The notes beneath the pieces are model-generated. The model ran no database searches. It had not been told where the DNA came from and was given only the letters and a program-made list of their open reading frames with translations. Positions 1 to 12,500 of a DNA stretch of 64,000 bases are shown piece after piece. The DNA comes from Amphiscolops sp. MND2022. Taxonomy: Eukaryota. The position numbers and the translations under genes were made by a program. Location: NCBI GenBank assembly GCA_964187785.1, contig OZ076409.1, forward strand, positions 67,582,001-67,646,000, in the 5' to 3' direction. Numbering within the stretch: position 1 is the first letter of the stretch; each line of letters opens with the position of its first letter.

Positions 1-1454
1 TTAATTTTTTGGATTGTATATGTAATCAGTTAATTGAGGTAATAGGTTCGTCTAATAAGCTATTCAATAGATGAGTAGAAAAGTTCAACAAAGAAACCCA
101 CAGTATCAGAGACGTCTAAAAAACAAGTTTCAACAAATCCAGTGAGAATCTTTTTTGTGTCACGTGTTAAATTGATGTTGTTTTTTGCTTAAGCTCAAAA
201 AGTCAATCGTGATTTTTGTCTGAGAGATTGAAAGAGACTGAATTGAGTTTTTGTCGTAATGTACACCAAACCATATAATTTAAATGATGATTAATTACTT
301 GTTTAAAAATGCCGATTCGAAACTTAATGTGAATTTTTATTCGCAGACTTTAAACGTTTTTTGACTATAGAGCTTGGTTTAATGAACGTTTGAATATCCA
401 ACTGAAGTTCTGTCATAGGTTAGAATGCTTAGAATGCGGTTAACTCATAGCTTTTTGTTGATTGAACTTTGTCAAGAAGTTTTGGCTTGATCATAGTTTT
501 AGCGTGGTTGGTTTAATTGCAGAGCAGAAGAAGCAGGTAAGGTAGAATAGTTTGTACCAACGAAAGAGAACCAGATAAAGAGTTTTAAACGTCGGCTCGA
601 GAAGAGGTTGAAAGTCCAGGCATTCAGCTGAAAGAGCAATTGAACTATTATTCAGTCAACGGTCTTTCACGCTGTCTTGGTTATTTTTTGGTTATCTTGC
701 AAGGTACATTTGAGTTTTCAACAGGTAATCTTTTTCATTGCTTTTGGAACCTAACAAAAATAATTCCTCATTTAAACTTTCATGAACTGAAGGATTAACT
801 TGAAAAAGTAGGAAACTTTTTATCGAGTGTGAATTCTGTGAAGAAATTTCTTGAAGTTACAAGAATCTATCATAGTTTAAGATACATGAGGCGTTTTTTC
901 CTTAAATTTTTCATCAACATTTTTGTCTCGAATTGTGCATTGGGGTGGTTCTAAAATAGGCACCCTAGTCGAGATTGCTTGAACTTTTTACATGCTGCAT
1001 AGAAACATGCAGGCTAATTTTTTTAGAAAACATGGAAGATCCCGGGACTTTATTGGCATTGAAATTGCGGTAAAATTAAGGAGGTCTCAGCTGCTTTTAA
1101 AATTAGAATTGCTGCTTTATGAAACTTGCAAAACTTCGCGGCTCAGAATTGCCGCCAAATTTAAGATGCTTCTTATAGGCAGCTTGACAAAATTAAATTG
1201 AATCAGTGAAATTTTAATGCATGGAAATTTGATCAATAATTTCATAAAAACATGAAAAAGTAGCTTGGTAACCTACAAAAATTTGTGAAAAGTTCAAGCA
1301 GTTTCAATCAGGGTCTGTAATTCAGAAACGGAAGTTAATAGAATGAAAGCGGATCCGTTTTGCAGTAACTATTGATTATATTTCGGTTTCACCCTATAAG
1401 ATTCTTCTGAGCATTGCCGAAATGCTTCGCGACCAACAACTCTTTCGCTAGATT

Positions 1455-3356
1455 TGTGTTGACCGTGATCCGGGAGTAAATCACTTGGTTCAACTGTTCT
1501 AAATCTGTAATCCGTGTTTCCCGCGCCCTCGTCATCGGGGTCATGACGCATGTTGTTAGGCGGTCTTTCTGCCAGTGTATCAATTTTAGAGGTCAGATTC
1601 TCTATCATCTTCAGAATCTCGCGCTGTCCGACCTCCGTGTCTTTGATTCTTTTACTTACAGACTTTTCTATCTTTTCAGACAATTCCGTAAAATCTTTAT
1701 CAGACAAACTAGGAGTGTTTTCAGTCCTCGTGCTAGAAGATTCAGGTTCGTCTAAGGAGTTCACAGGGGAATCCCTTCTGGCTTTTCTTTTGGAGCTACG
1801 TTCTGGCATCTTACTTAGGCTTGATGATTCTCGATTTGCTTTTTTCTTAAGGAAATTAGAGCAAGTTCTCAAGTGACAAAGTGTGATGTTTCAAGATTTT
1901 TAATTATCGTTAAACGGAAAACAATTGTTTCGCAAAGATAACAAAATTCAACTAAAATGGCTTTTAGCTCCCATTGTATTTATACTTTCCATCCCGGAAA
2001 GCGGGGAAAAGACACGAACATTCTTCACATTTTGTTCAGTCCGGCGTCCGTCCGAGGCAGGGAATCAGGAAGTTCAGTTCCGCTTTGTCGAACTCAGGCT
2101 TTCAGCTTGTTCATGCTTCCCAAAGAAAGCACGCGTCCACTTCCGGCCTGAGTTGCGACTCCGCTTCCCTTCGCCTCCAACTTCCCGCCTCTTCAGGACG
2201 CCGAACTGAAAAAATTATCAAAGACACGCGCAATGAGTCATTGAATAAGATTGATTAACTGCACAAAGTTAGGAAAAAAATGATGACAACCAATTTTCCT
2301 TTACAAATATTTCCCTAAATTAAATAAATCAGCAACAATTTGAATGAAATTTAACACAAATCACACATTAGGTTTTAAATGAAAGAGTAGAATTGCTTCT
2401 ACAGTTTTTACGGCTCTGATTTTTGGTTAAGATCACGAAGCCTGGTCCCAGGCCATAATTTGTTCAATGAGTAAAGCAACTATTAATTATAAACAGCATC
2501 AGATACATTGTTCAGAAAGGTATTTAATGCTATTAAACGACAACAGATTCAGGGAACAGGATATACATGTTATTAACACTTGGTTTGATATTCGGTACTA
2601 AATCTTTGGTCCAGGCTGCGGTTCAGGCCTGTTTATAGATTAATCAATATTTACATGTAAAAGAACGTTATATGCGATATTTTAAACGACGATATAGTTT
2701 AAGAAAATAGATAATAATCTCTAGATTCATTTCGAGACAAAGTTACATGATAGCATCATCATCTTTCACTTTCGTGATTGATTTATCGTATGTAATTCTC
2801 AGGCCGCATCCCAGGCCGCGGTACGTGATGTTCTATTAAGTTAGCACAGAAATCTCAATTGTTGGTATATTTGCACTCGTATTGTTAATAAATCACTGCA
2901 CTAGACATTAGTTCATTTACATGTATTCACTATAGCGCGCACTTCCATATTAGTTCGCTGAGTTTACAATTCTCAGGCTGCCTGCCAGGCCGCCGCTTTA
3001 GTGCGAGTATTTGAGGCCGGCTGCCAGGCCTCAGTTCCGCCCTTGATTTCTCAGATCGTTCACTGAGCGGTGCAATTCGATTATTATTATTACATAGTAT
3101 TGTATTATTATTAACTGCACGAATAGCTCCGTTATTCCGTAAGTACGTATTTATATAAGTGTACATTATTATGATAATAATACTAATATGCATATATTTA
3201 TCTATTTAAATACTTCAAATTTATATCGTTTAACTCCTTTGTTTCTGATTGTTTGTCAGCTGTCTATTTTCTCTTCTTTTGTTCTTTTCCCAATTTATTC
3301 TTCGAAGACTGGGTTGTGTTTATTGCAGTACTCGCAGCTCAGGCGGGGCTGTGACA
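1455..3356 (-). mobile_element. Solo LTR (Gypsy-type) carrying a gag N-terminal ORF
   Basis: Minus strand starts TGTCACAG like the LTR at 15696 and ends ..CAACACA; flanks AGATT / AGACT (5-bp TSD, one mismatch); ORF MPERSSKRKARR.. from 1809 runs to the LTR end. Confidence 0.7.
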
Positions 3357-3558
3357 AGACTTTCTTTAAAAATCATCCAGAGATCTTGTTTTCCAGAGAG
3401 TAATTCTACACCTTTAAGCAAGGTAAAAGATGTAATGCAAATTTTGTTCACTTTTCTAATTCGGGTCAAATCCACTAATTTTTTTGCTTCTAAACTCAGT
3501 TGTCAAAACCGTTCGCAGTTCATCGGTGGTAACTCATGATCCAGAGGAGGTTCCAATT

Positions 3559-4104
3559 TGGAATCCGGAGGTTATTCGAACTTAAAAAACTACATGTGCC
3601 GCAATAAAGGCTATGTTAGAACCGGGTGACCGCAAGGGGCGAGTTAGCCAATGCTGCAGAACAATTATAGCCAAGTCAAAACAAACAAAATATCAGAACT
3701 GGTAGCACACAGGTAAATGCTGGACTGTCAACAAAAACGTTACAGGCTCACGTCACAATTTTTGCAATATTTTGTATATAACATGAAACGTTTCCACCGG
3801 TGGACCACTGAGGTGGCACCCGCAGCTTTTGCGGTGGCCACCAGGGGTCCAGGGGTAGCCCACCGGTAGAACCATTTCATGTTATGTACAAAATATTGAA
3901 AAAACTGTGACGCGAACCTGTAACGATTTTGTTGACAGTCCAGCCTTTACCTGTGCGCTACCAGCTCTGATATTTTGTTTGTTTGGACTTGACTATAATT
4001 GTTCTGCAGCATTGCCTAAGTCGCCCCTTGCGGTCACCCGGTTCCAAAATAGCCTTTAATGCGGCACATTAAATTTTTTTAATTCGAATAACCTCCGGAT
4101 TCCA
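3559..4104. mobile_element. Foldback / MITE-like long inverted repeat
   Basis: Arms of ~245 bp (tggaatccggaggttattcgaa.. / ..ttcgaataacctccggattcca) are reverse complements with scattered mismatches around a short GC-rich spacer. Confidence 0.85.
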
Positions 4105-4776
4105 TTTTGAAATAATGAGTTATATAAATAACCATAATAAGTCAAAAGAATACATTTTCGATGGGTTCCCATAATTCATGATTCATTTTCTTAAAAAAAT
4201 CCCAACGGTATCAACCGGTGGAAATGATGACTGGTTATTCAAATTTGCCTCCACCGGTGGTCACTGGTGTTCCACCGGTGGTTCTCGGTGTAGTGTCGGT
4301 ACGGAAAAAGTATGAAGAAAGTATGGTTAGCATTTCATCCCGTTGTTATCGCTGATTGGATTCGATTTTCGAGGGAAGGAGAGGGGTCGAAAATGGCGAA
4401 CAAAAAAATCTATCAGAAAAGTGTTTCTTTACAAAATTATGCCTTGAGTGCCCTGAAAACAAAGACAGAGATCCGACTTATAAATTTTCATGTTTCTCCA
4501 GAGACGCTGAATAATTGTCGGAAAGCACTACATGTAAAGTCTTTACTTGTAGTGTATCCCGACATTTTTCCAGCGTTTCTGGAGAAACGCGAAATTTTTT
4601 TATCCGGATCTCATTTGGATTTTTTAAATGATAATTTCAAAAACATAAACAAATACCAACTTTTTAAAGTTTACCCATGTTTTTTGATATTTTTTGTCTT
4701 TCAAAAAGTGAAGTGGCAAAAAAGCATTGATCGAGACTGATCGAGTTGCTACTGCTGTGATTGAAAAAGGTGCGAT

Positions 4777-4856
4777 ATGGCGGCGGAGAGAAACTATGTC
4801 ACCATCGATGGGATGGATCTCAACACATCCACAGATGTAGACGCTGATATCAACGA
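4777..4856 (+). CDS. ABCB1: ABCB1-like exon 1 (start codon)
   Basis: [26 protein letters not shown] then GTAAGT donor, phase 2 matching exon 2; N-terminus is not conserved so less certain. Confidence 0.65.
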
Positions 4857-6534
4857 GTAAGTTTTTGCAATTTTTTTACTTTTGTTATTCACTGTTTCCA
4901 GTTCAGTTCTGGAATATTAGGGGGTCCTTAGATTAGTCTGACTTAAAATATGAGTCTCAGTGTCATTTCGATATCTCTCGTATAATGTTGCAAGACGCCT
5001 CCAAGAAAAAAATGACTTTTTTCAAATCTCATTTGTTTAAACAAAAGGTTACAAAAATTCCAACTAAGAAGACTTCTACAGATCTGGAAACGATTTCATA
5101 CGCATAGAAGGTTCCGAAGTGGCAACGTAATTCACAATATTACCTGGTTTTTCCTTGGTAAAACTTCATTCGGTGAAAATCGTCATCAATGCAGTTGACT
5201 TTTTTTCATAGTTAAACAAAAGATAGGAAAGTTCGAAAGTAAGTAAAATTAAACTGGTTGCTTCCTGACGAAATTCAACAAAAATCGGTTATTACGTGAA
5301 TAATTCAGATTTAGTGCCCTTTCTCATCGCTGTATTCACAGGGCAGAAAAAACCTTTCAGTGAATATTTTCCGCAAAACCCGAAACTGATTCTTTTGCTA
5401 AGAACTGAGCACATTGGAACAATTTCTTTATTTTTTCACCAGAAAGTGGTCCAAACTGACAATTCTCAGGATGTTTTAGGTTCTTAGTTTGTCACATAAA
5501 TCAGATTGTTCTTCTTAATAAACTGTTCAATTTTCTGAGAAACGCGTCGAACAAAGTCAAAAAAGTCACTAAATCAGTTGTTTTTTGATAAAAGCAACAA
5601 TTGTTTCCAAGAAAAAGTCAAAACAATTTGAAAAACAATTTCGAATTAAACTGAAAAAATGATCATAAGGTTCCTGAGGTCTCTGAAGAGCCACAATTAA
5701 TTGGAAATGATTTACATGAAAAACTTCAAAATTGTGTTACGTAAAAACAAATTTGGATTAGCTTTTAGAATACCAAAAAGGATCAAGAATTTGCAAAAAA
5801 ACTCTCGGACGTTTGCGACTCATTTGGCATTACCTCAGCTATTTAGAAACAGGATATTACAGGAAAGTTCTACAGTTTTCTGTCTGCAATATAGAAAGCA
5901 TATCAATGCCTTCAAAGTCATAGGCGAATACAGAGCAAACAACAGAGTTTTTGAGAAAAAAACGTTGGCAAGTGTTAAAAAGTAACAATGTCCGTGCTGT
6001 TTTCTCCTTGACGCAATAATATGATCGTATATGTAACAGTATAGTTTCGATGTTTGCCATAAAAACATTGATTTTAAACTTTGCCCTTGAAAATTTACAC
6101 TCTCTGATAGTTGTTTGATAGTTGTTTAAATCAAACATTCATAGACATTTCCACTTTAAAGGTTTCTTTTTTTTCTAGACCTCATGCACTTTATCCTTCC
6201 ATTGAAGAACCAGACAATAGATCCAAGATTTTCCAGCCATTGGGTTACTTCCAAGTAGTAAGTACAATCGCATGTTTCCATAATTTATCTATCTACGGAG
6301 TTTCAGTTTCCGTGTGAATTTACATTCGTCTGTAGCAACTGCTTCAAGTAATAAAATTAGAAGGTTAACCTTCTAATTTTTTTACTTGAAGCAGTTGCTA
6401 CAGACGAATGTAAATTCAATTCAAATATAGACCATGCTCCTTTAACCAAAAATACAATCAACCCAGGTTCTTTTACTTTTATTATTTTCCGCCCATATTT
6501 CATATGGGAAAGGAAAATATTTAAATCAAACGGG

Positions 6535-6566
<32 letters not shown>

Positions 6567-9500
6567 ATTTGCCAAGATTTTATTTATATTTAAATTTAAG
6601 GGTGTTACCCATAGAATTCAACCCACATAAATTTAGCTTCGTGCGATATGTATTTGTAGAGATTTTTGAAGTTTTTTTAAAAAATGACGAAAATGACGAA
6701 AATGACCCCTTAATGACAAAATGACCCCTTAATGACAAAATGACCCCGAAAATGACAAAAATTCCCAAATTTCTCATTTTTAAACATTTTTATGCAATTT
6801 TTGCCATTTTTTGAGACACCGCGAATTAGAAAAATGGACAAGATGAATCGAAGCTTTCTTTTCTTCGAACTTCTCAGCGTTTTTATAGTGCATTAGTTAT
6901 TCTTGAGCCTCAAATTTATGTAGTTGTAGAACAGTTCGGGGCGGAAAATATCCCGCTCCTCAGCGGGCGTCTTGTTTCAGTTTTCTCTGGCCACTAAATT
7001 GGACATAGTTCTGCTGTTTCTGGGAGTTTTTTTCTCCGTGATCAGTGGGTTGGCGTTTCCTCTTTTCATATACTTGATGAGCGCTCTTTTGGAGGAGATG
7101 CTTGTCCCTATGGCACCTTTGGGTCAGCCTCCCTTGAATGGAACGACGACCAATGAAACCGTAGATTCCAATTCCACATTTACAGATGACATGGATGCCA
7201 GAAGTGAGTCATTTCTTAATGATGAAACAACAGAAAGTTGACTACATTGACAAATAGGAACAAAAGTACTCCTTGCTAAGATAAGAAGACCAAATATTTC
7301 ATCTGAAAATACTTGGCTCAGTTCAGCAAACCCGTCTAAAACCTGGAAAACAGGTTTCCACAAGATTCTGAAAAGTCTTTCAAGGCATGACAATCTTGGC
7401 ATATTGGGAAAGTCCCATGCTCTGAAACATGAAACCTGTCTGTTTGAGATTTTCTCATTTCCACTTCAACTTTCTCTTAAACGGGAATATAGAGCGACAA
7501 TAAGCAAGTGAAGGTTACGTTAGGCCATGTTTTGCCCCTGCTAGGATCAATTGTCATCGTATCAAATTTATATGGTCCCTTTTTCTTCTTGGCTTCCTTC
7601 ATTATTGGATAACGACCATTTTCATCATCTAAAAGCATCACTTTTGCCGAGCGGTGTCACTATGAACTCCTAAATGAACTAATCTCCTTTAACATGAGAA
7701 TCAATACAGAAGACCAATTCGCTAATTATTTCGACACTTAAAAAACTCTGCGTCCATATTTTCGAACAAGACGGGAACGTCTAAAGTTGGCGCTATATCT
7801 ACGGCACAAAAAGCGCAGTTGTTAAAAGATGCGTAGGACGTTTTCATGAAAAATTCCTGTTTTCGAACCTCCACCTTCTTCTTACTAAAACGCATTATAG
7901 TTCTGATACAACGTCAAAAGTTCGGACAAGCGCTTTACTCCGGATATTACGAGGGGGACTTCAATAAAATCGGAGGGGATCCTTTCGAGACAAAAATATT
8001 CTCGAAAAAAAGTCTCACAGTACCGAAAAAAAATTGAAAGGGGGGACCCTCTAGTCTCGTCCGGTTGTATGTTACGTTTAGTTACGTTTAGAGGTATTCG
8101 TTTAGTTGAACCAACTGAACAAAAATTTCGTCGCATTCGACTCTGTCTTGAAGAAAAAAACGAGTGACTGTTATTGTACGGGTGATACCGAATGAGACTT
8201 CACTCCTGCGGCAAGTTCAAAGTTGTTGTCCCTAGTCGAACATGCCGGAAAGTTTTCCATGTTGCATCCATGCATGCATTCTAAATTTTTGAAAAACATA
8301 GAAAATACTGGAAGCATGCATTGAAAAATTTTGTAAAATTTCCATGCAACATGCAAATCCTCTGAGCACATCCATGCAAATTTGAAAAGATATGACTGCA
8401 GGCTAGAAAATGTTTGGAAAATAAAGGCTAAAAAGGCTGATTTGAGAACTTTCAAATTTTAGCTCTCCCTTGATCTAGCACTTATACTGAGCTGAGTAAA
8501 AACTTTCGAGCACTATCAACTAGGGTTATCATAAGATCTTGAATCATGAATACATTTTCCTTATAGATTGGAGTTCTTGTTCAGAAAGTTGGTTTATGGA
8601 TAAAAACGGGATTCATCTTTTCTGTGGATTGAGTCTTTTTTGACATCGGAAAGCGAAAAGAAACTGTGTGTTCCTAAGAGGCCTTCTGTAAGACTGAAAC
8701 AAATTGTGCAATAGAGATTTCCCTATCCTAACATTGAAGCATTACATGGGCTTACGTTTTCTTTTTCAACTTTCATTACGTTTCGATAAATTACCAAACC
8801 TCAATTTGCTACAACGTAGCGATTTTTATCTTTAGAACAGCAATTCACCTTTCTAAAACAAGAATTTTCGTTTCTACGATAGAGTTGAAAAAATTTTGTT
8901 CCTGGGCTCGAAAAATTGAGTTGATTTAAAATAGATTAAAAAATGAAATCGGTCTATAAATTGTAACTTTGATCATGAACCAATTTCCATTCAGGATTCT
9001 AATTGTAAACACTAATTTCAATTGTGTTGAGCACAAAATGTGTTTCAGTGGCAAGGATGTTTGAAAGCTTCGAAGATAAAGTGGCATCTCTGTGTCTGAA
9101 GATGACTCTAGTTGCATTGGCAGTATTTGTCTTCGCGTATTTACAGGTGAGAACGAATTCAAAAAGACAAAGAGAGGTTCTCGTGCGAACGAACATCAAG
9201 AATGAACTAATATGTTTTTTAGCAGTTCACATTTTCCAATTTTATCACGTCCACTCGACGCTGTTCTCCAACAATTCATTTTTTCTTCTCTTAAAACGCT
9301 CTCCTTGGAAATTATCACTTGGAAAAAAATCAAATATAAAGAAGTTACAGAGCAGTGTCAACTTTTTTGATGGTTCTGTTTAACTTTTTGATGAGTGTTG
9401 CACAATACTTTTGTTATACATGCGACGATCGATGAACTTTTTTGCTATCGTAGACAGTGTTGTACATATAAACTGTCAAAATACGATTGAAAATATGGAA

Positions 9501-12500
9501 ATCATATAAACAATATTTATATGATTCATTTAAATGGTAACTCTATAAACAGCTCAGCATGTAGATATTGTGGTTTAAAGTTTAAACACCAGATTTTTGG
9601 ATGAATCCGGAAATTGCCTGGTCCAGTTGGGGCTAAATGGCAATTGAAATGATTGGTAGTTAAAATTTGATTTGCTGCTCGCTTGCAAAGCCATTCAATT
9701 TGATTTTGTTTCGACTCAAATTACTATTTTGTTTTTCACCGGAATTTGTTTTGTCGAGGTAAAGGTTAAAAATCATTTAAATGAAAACCTTTCATTTATA
9801 TTAATCATTTAAATGATTTTCATTTAAATGAATTGGGTTTATATATATTAATATTTATATGATCATTTAAATGATCATTTAAATGATTGGTTAATATGTA
9901 CAACACTGATCGTAGAGGAAGCCGAAGAAAAAACACTGATCGTAGAGGAAGCCGAAGAAAAAACACTGATCGTAGAGGAAGCCGAAGAAAAAACACTGAT
10001 CGTAGAGGAAGCCGAAGAAAAAACACTGATCGTAGAGGAAGCCGAAGAAAAAACACTGATCGTAGAGGAAGCCGAAGAAAAAACACTGATCGTAGAGGAA
10101 GCCGAAGAAAAAACACTGATCGTAGAGGAAGCCGAAGAAAAAACACTGATCGTAGAGGAAGCCGAAGAAAAAACACTGATCGTAGAGGAAGCCGAAGAAA
10201 AAACACTGATCGTAGAGGAAGCCGAAGAAAAAGAAATATCCATCCCATCTTTTCGAAAAAGACAACTTTGATAGCTTTTGAAAAACTTTGCGCGTTTGTG
10301 TCTGTTACAGATGGCGTTCGTAACATCAGCTGGGGAGAATATTATCTACAGGTTGAGGAAACTCTGCTTCAGAGCAGTGCTTAGACAGGACATTGGGTGG
10401 TTCGATCAGCAACAAACTGGAAAACTGATAGTTAGACTAACAAGGTTATTCATTTTACACAAAGCTTGCAATACAAAATTTTAAAAAAAACACAGCAGAA
10501 TGGAAGGTTTTGCATGAGCAACGCGTTTATGACTAATTATAGTACAAATGGCACCTTAGGACTATGCTCTTGCCGAAGTGCAATGGGTTCTTATCAGTGA
10601 GTAAAAACATGGTTTTCTTGAAGTCGCAGCCTTTTAATGAAATCAATAGTCGGCGTTTTTATAAATTTTCATAAATTTCACTTCGCGTCAGACACGGCCA
10701 CTTGGCTCAGTGAATGGGTGAGTGGCTGTAAAGCAAGTACGGGCCTTAGAAACGTGTACGAGTCCCGCACTAAAACAAGTTTTCTGATGCTTCCAAACTT
10801 AGAGGGAAGACCAAAGCGTTTGTTTTTGGACCTTAGTTTGAAAAAAATTCAAATCCTTCACTTATCTTGCAAGTTTCTTACAAAACATGGTATTCTTGCA
10901 AGCCCCTTGCAAGCCGATGCCAGTTTTGCAAGAATCTTGCAAGACAATGCAAATCTTGCAAGATGATAAATTAGAATACCAGTTTTGCAAGAATCTTGCA
11001 AGACCATGCAAATCTTGCAAGACAACAAATGAGTTATGATAACGTAGTCAACAGCTTCACCAATTGTCGAAAACGATTATTTTTCTCTTGTTTTTTATTT
11101 GTTTTTTTTCTCAAAAAATATACGCCTATGATCAATTTAGACTCGGCCTAATTTCAAAGTCTCCATCGTGTACATGATAAAAGAAGGTCATTTGTTTTCC
11201 AAAGTACGACATCAAAACTGAGTTTCAAATGTCGGTTTTTTTATTAGTTTTATTACAAAAAATAGGCTTTTAGGGCGCATTACTAAAATTACACTTCTAG
11301 AGGTTTATTTTTTTCTAGAGTTTGTATTTTTGGGTCCTTCACAATTTAAGAAGTGAGACTCTGGCTGTATCTATCTGGCTGTCTCCTTTAAGTCAATATT
11401 AAATTGACAAAACTGAGGTCACTGAAGTCAGATTTTTGTCTACTAAAAACGTATTTTAAAACATTCTGAATAAAAAAGTCTGGAATCGCTTTTTTTGATA
11501 ATAGAGTAAAGGGTCTAAAGGAGTTGATTATTATTGGTGATGTTCAAGGGAACTAAACAATTTTTGGGCACTTTGAATTCTCAGTCAAAGAATGCATATA
11601 TCTTGAAAGTTCGACACTTTCCTAGCAAGTATAACACAATGACAATTCATTCCGTGCAAGAATCTTGCAAGACAATTTTAAAGAAAAATCCATCGACTTG
11701 CAAGATCTTGCAAGACGTCTTGCAAGATAGTTTCAAGAATTACACTTTTTTCAACCTAGGGGTACTGTCATTTCGGTTCTATTTCTCAATTTTTTGAACC
11801 GAAAATCCCTTCCTCGAATATTAGGAGAAACGAAGTGTTTGGCGAGAAAATAGTGCCAATTTGTTTTTCCGGCACAAAGATATTTACCGGAAAAAATATA
11901 AAGAGAAATGTTGAAAAAAGTTGAGCATTAATGTTTCCGACAATTTTTTTTACACATGTTGGTTTTTCGAGGTTTTCTGTTATGGAAAACTGCTTTCTCG
12001 ACCTTAAAAGTGACCTCTTCGATTATGTTTGGTCGATGTGAATCTGATGAGAGTTTCCTCAATAATTTTGGACAAGACCTACAATTTTATACGGCACTGT
12101 GCGACTTGTTCTCAAAAGGTTACCTCTTCATCTAGTCAAAAGGTAACCTGTTCATTTCATGATTCTTTTTAGCTTCAAATAAGCGTTCGTCAGCTTAACG
12201 CTCTTTTTGGGCACTATGAGTCTTTTTCCGAAAAGAAAAGGTTTCCGAAAGCAAAATATTGTATTCAAAAAATTTCATGTTTCGAGTTGGGGAAAAAGCG
12301 GTTTTCGAGTGATATGGGGATCCATTCGGGAATTTTTAGGCACTGAGCATTTGATCAAAATTTCACAATAGCGTCCCTTTGCATATTTGCAATGTTTTTT
12401 TCCTTTAACGTGGCACCGACTTGGACCATTCCAGGCTTGCTCTAAGTTGCAATCAACTTCATGCGAACTCAGCAAAAAGCAAAATAAGTAGTTGACTAAT

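Noticed and set aside
3357..3520. Minus-strand frame that rejoins 1389-1454 when the solo LTR is removed
   Set aside because: Only ~70 codons between stops, with no recognisable motif; not enough to call an interrupted gene.
9902..10231. CRISPR-like array of 30-bp repeats
   Set aside because: Units are contiguous with no spacers, there are no cas genes, and the array lies in a eukaryotic intron.
9820..10384. Repetitive ORFs on both strands
   Set aside because: They are translations of a 30-bp unit that is stop-free in several frames.
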